NCBI GenBank assembly: GCA_030390025.1
Contig: CM059432.1
Coordinates: 63,056,001 to 63,120,000, forward strand
Length of the DNA stretch: 64,000 bases
Source of the DNA: Squalus acanthias
Lineage: Eukaryota
Direction of reading: 5' to 3'
Shown: positions 63,159 through 64,000 of the stretch, piece by piece
Position numbering within the stretch: position 1 is the first letter of the stretch
Layout of the letters: each line of letters starts with the position of its first letter
The notes under the pieces: model-generated
Told to the model about the DNA's origin: nothing
What the model saw: only the letters and a program-made list of their open reading frames with translations
Database searches by the model: none
Program-made: the position numbers and the translations under genes

Positions 63159-63504
63159 GTAGTGTCCACTGGTCATTCCAGGGCGAACTGGGCAGAATTC
63201 TTGGGATCACCTGGCAACACACCAAGACACACTCTTGAAGTCAGTGCTAAATGTAAAGGGAGCAGGTTTAAGAAGAGCTCGCTCCTCTGGTGTCCTGAGA
63301 AACTTGCATGGGGCAGAAACCTGGTAGATTCGGCTCCCACTGCAAATTGTAAACCCCCAGGATGGCATTCTCCTGTTACAGCCCCTTGAATTTTGGCTGA
63401 CAGATGATCTGCAACATTATCTAACAATCACTGCATTGATATTCCTCTCTGTTTGTTTTGCTCCTTCCCCTTTTCCTGATGTTAATAATATACTTGTTCA
63501 TTTT

Positions 63505-63632
63505 TCAGTTCTGAAGAAAGGCCCAGCCCGAATCATTGACTGTTCTCTTCACAGTTATTGACACACCTGCTGTGTGTTTACAGCTTTTTCTGCTTTTGTT
63601 TCAGATTTCCAGCATTTGCAGTATTTTACTTT
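63505..63632 (+). mobile_element. Old Penelope-like terminal fragment with a degenerate hammerhead
   Basis: AGTTCTGAAGAAAGGCCCAGCCCGAATCATTGACT...TTTCAGATTTCCAGCA. Confidence 0.6.
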
Positions 63633-64000
63633 TTATCCACATATTATCGCTGAGATGAACCATAGAACCACAGAAGGAGGCCATTCGGTTCATCAAATCT
63701 CTGCCAGCTCTTTGGTAGGACAATCCTAAACTTATCCCAAACTCAACTACTGCTCCATTGATCCAAGCTTCTGTAGGATTACTGCTGGTACTGATGGATT
63801 TTGTAGCTACTGCTATTGGGGAGAATTCTAATGCACTATCCTTTTGCAACATCTATGAGATTAAATAGCTGACTGAACTGAGCTCAGTGTGAGGAAGTAG
63901 CAAATGGGACCTTGTGTTTGCAAACTGGTTGCTAAATCTACCTGCATAACAGCAGTTCATAGTTATATGTAAGTGCTTTGAGATGTGTTAAGGAGCTAAA

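Noticed and set aside
63506..63541. Functional hammerhead
   Set aside because: The GAAA and palindromic stem III are lost (GAATCATT).

Overview
Eukaryotic, repeat-dominated DNA, not prokaryotic. The repeat set (CR1 and L2 LINEs, tRNA-headed Deu-type SINEs resembling dogfish SacSINE1, Penelope-like elements, abundant PIF/Harbinger elements) suggests a cartilaginous fish such as a shark; this is inference. I cannot identify a host protein-coding gene; the window looks intronic or intergenic, with two weak exon candidates. Main contents: (1) A full-length 4.25-kb Harbinger transposon (57229-61477, AAT target-site duplication, TSD). It has a HARBI1-like DDE transposase and a convergent three-exon Myb/SANT partner gene, each with only one or two disabling lesions. 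Decayed, deleted and MITE derivatives are common across the window. (2) A 5'-truncated Penelope-like (probably Neptune-type) RT + GIY-YIG element with a 12-bp TSD, nested in a ~1.8-kb solo LTR that carries clustered E2F-like sites. (3) Two ~2.8-kb CR1 copies, L2 fragments, SINEs and a hAT MITE. (4) Minimal type I hammerhead ribozyme motifs of two families, with different palindromic stem III sequences (ACGU vs AGCU). All boundaries, structures and splice sites were read by eye; no database or folding software was run.
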